A DNA stretch of 53,406 nt, the filler included, from Bipalium vagum (taxonomy: Eukaryota): assembly GCA_037834085.1 (NCBI GenBank). It is 3 parts of 3 records of this genome, joined end to end, with 100 filler letters (N's around TTAATTAATTAA, not from the genome) between each part and the next. Parts side by side here need not be neighbours in the genome. Positions count along the whole stretch, not along the records: positions 37,764 to 53,406 come from JBBMKC010154187.1; 2 more parts are not named here. The stretch is one strand, 5' to 3'. The notes beneath the pieces are model-generated. The model did no database searches. It saw nothing but the letters and a program-made list of their open reading frames with translations, and was not told the origin of the DNA. A program made the translations under genes and the position numbers. Positions 50,855 to 53,406 of the stretch are shown piece by piece. The stretch's first letter is position 1. The number at the start of each line of letters is the position of its first letter.

Positions 50855-51029
50855 TATCATAAAATTTGAATATACGTACATTATGTTACAAAAGTAACTA
50901 GAGTTTTTTATTTAAGTCCATAGCGTTAAGTATAAATGGAATTATTCTCAATTACATGCCAATATTAGGTAGGATGTTTCAAGAAGTGTGCTTACAGCAG
51001 ACTTTTTCATCATTTAATATCTTTATTAT

Positions 51030-51330
51030 TCTGTAATTTTCAAACATGTAACCAATTTTGTGTGGGAAATAAAATTTCTTGTTCTGAATCCTTGAAAATG
51101 TTAGATAAATGTATTGCAATGAATATATGTCTAAATTTCAAGTTTACGACTGGTATAAAACTTTCAAAATCAATGGGCAATCAATCACTAATTCTGGATT
51201 ATTGACGATGGAAAACATACATTTCTCAAAGAATACTGTTAGAAAATCGCAATTTGAGTGGTCTAGAGCATGCCCATCAAATAAATATAACAGTTTTCAT
51301 GACACATTCCATTTGATTCATGTTCACTAT
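51030..51330 (+). mobile_element. Mariner transposase N-terminal HTH fragment
   Basis: SESLKML...Y.NEYMSKFQVYDWYKTFK matches the mariner HTH pattern. Confidence 0.6.
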
Positions 51331-53197
51331 GATAATGTGTCATCACAAAATTTTCTTAAATAAGTACAAACCATTATTAAGTAATTTTAACATTTAAATA
51401 TTAATACTTAAAAAATCTTATCAACGGAGAAATATTTCATAAATTAATTAATTAAAACAAACAGTAAAAATTAATGAGACCACCAAATAATCATTTTTTC
51501 TTATATTATGGTAAATAAATATTGAGCTTAGAAAACATTGCTTGTTTAGATAAAATTTAATTTGTTTAGCGTTTAAATAATAAGAATAAAATGATCTAAC
51601 AAATGTAATCATTTCAATAATCGTTTCCAATTAGAATTTGTCTTTTCTATATTATTTATGTCTAATCTGAAGGACCAAGTATTTTCGTAAATCTGGGAAA
51701 TCGATGAAAGCAGAAATAATTTTTTGAATGTGTAGATCAAATAACAACTCTCAATATTCTTCTATTTTTTAATTAAATTTATATTTATTAATTTATCAAA
51801 TAAATCAATTTATCAATTCTTTTTTAAATATTGATCTATCACATTAAAAATAAAATAAATTTATTTGGAATGATTAATTAAAATAATTTTAAATTAATTT
51901 ATTTAAAGAAATTAAATTTTTTATCACAGAAAATTTCACTTTCAAAAAAATTTAAATTAATTTTTATCAACCAATCTTGTTTAATTTGAAATATCTATTT
52001 GAAATTTTTCCAGTTTTTAAATAAATAATTTCAATAAAGCTCGTATATTTTCAATATTATATGTCTCTTTAATAAATCCTTTTAAGGTACTTTAATATTT
52101 ATTAAGATATCAATTCTTATCTAATACTCATTATTTAATTCTAATTAATTTGTTCACATAGATGCAATTGAGGATTTTTTAGGAACACAATCATAATAGT
52201 AATAGTAACAAATTCATTTAGAGAAATATCTCGACCAATTTGCAAGATAAACGGGTTCGTTAATTATTTAAACAAAAAATTCATGTTTTGTTAATAAACA
52301 TTAATTTTGATAAGTTTTTTTATAAGATGTTCCTATCATTTTGCACCACTGAAAATCTACAAAAAAATTTTTTTCAATTATTTTTATCATATGACTTTTA
52401 TTTTTTAATTAAATGATAATTAAAACAAGTTTAATACTCATTAGAAATACCATATGTCAAAAGAAATTAATCTGATCTTAAGTTTTTATGTAGATCTTGT
52501 GAAAGGTGTGGGTATTCTTATTATTATGCTCCCAACTATATACATATGTCTACTTCTTAAGACAAGTAAACATTGAATATAAAGATAAAAGAAAGATGAA
52601 AGAATAAAAAATTATAAAATATCAATTTCGGGTAAGAGAAAGGGGTATTGTTGATGAGATAGGTTAGTTCAACGAATTTTTAATTGTCATTACAAAAAAC
52701 TTATTATGAATAAACGACTGAGTTTTATTAATCATTATTATCTTGAACGATGACACAGAATTGAATCAGCATTGTCTAGATCTAAAAATATTATAAAATA
52801 AATATGAACTTCGTTCATAAAACAAATATTTTTTATTTCTTTTAAAATGGAGGTGTTAATATGGTAAATAATAAAGTGAAACAGTGTAATGGCCCAATTA
52901 AAAAGGACAGTTTTCTGAATTAATTTTTATTTTTAATGAAGTGATAAATGAGTTTGGTGGCATTGATAATTACTAAGGAATTAGGATCGTTGATATATTT
53001 CCTTTTTTCATAGTGTATCTTAATTTCTTACATTTCTACTACTTTTTGACATTTATAAATATAGTTTAAAAATTAGCTATTTAGAGTAATTACTTAAACA
53101 AGTAGAACTGTAATTTTGTATAGATAGGATTGTTCAGAAAAGGCAATTCTTAGAAAAAATTGTATAATCATTGCGCGATTTTTAATTACATTATATA

Positions 53198-53406
53198 CAC
53201 TACCGCTCAAAAGTATTAGGCAGATACTTGAATTTTTAAATATAATACAAATAGATCATTTTCATAAGGACGTATTGTCTTAAAGAAGTTTATTTAGATT
53301 ATACAAATCTCCATTTTATGTTTGATTGGAAATTTCATAAGGAAATTATAATTTGCCATAAATTATAATGACAGAAACTGAAAAGCTCGAAATTAGAAAT
53401 GAATGT
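53198..53406 (+). mobile_element. Left end of a Tc1-like element
   Basis: TA|CACTACCGCTCAAAAGTATTAGG is a Tc1-type TIR. The element continues beyond the window. Confidence 0.6.

Overview
This is very AT-rich eukaryotic nuclear DNA with 43-55 nt minimal introns and (TAA)n tracts. The style and repeat content suggest a triclad flatworm/planarian (inference). Two 100-bp scaffold gaps are present. Supported genes, in order: (1) the 3' exons of a SPOC-domain PHF3/DIDO1-like gene (+); (2) a complete 7-exon endoplasmin/GRP94 (HSP90B1) gene (+) whose KDEL sits on a 24-nt terminal coding exon; (3) an orphan 4-exon, extremely acidic protein with DxDxDG thrombospondin type-3-like Ca-binding repeats (+); (4) a DUSP10/MKP5-like MAP kinase phosphatase (-); (5) a small orphan 8-Cys gene with a CCAAT/TATA promoter (+); (6) the first coding exon of a SHIP/SAP/EAT-2-type SH2 gene (+). 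The intergenic and intronic space holds many decayed Tc1/mariner elements and MITEs. It also holds a probable 3' LTR and a decayed, partly inverted RLE-type (NeSL/Utopia-like) non-LTR retrotransposon nested in a Tc1/mariner element. The most unusual signal is a dispersed repeat with three copies that keeps a multi-hairpin architecture around a core resembling the P3/L3-P1-P4 of HDV-like ribozymes, but does not fit the canonical fold. All calls come from reading the sequence; no searches or folding programs were run.
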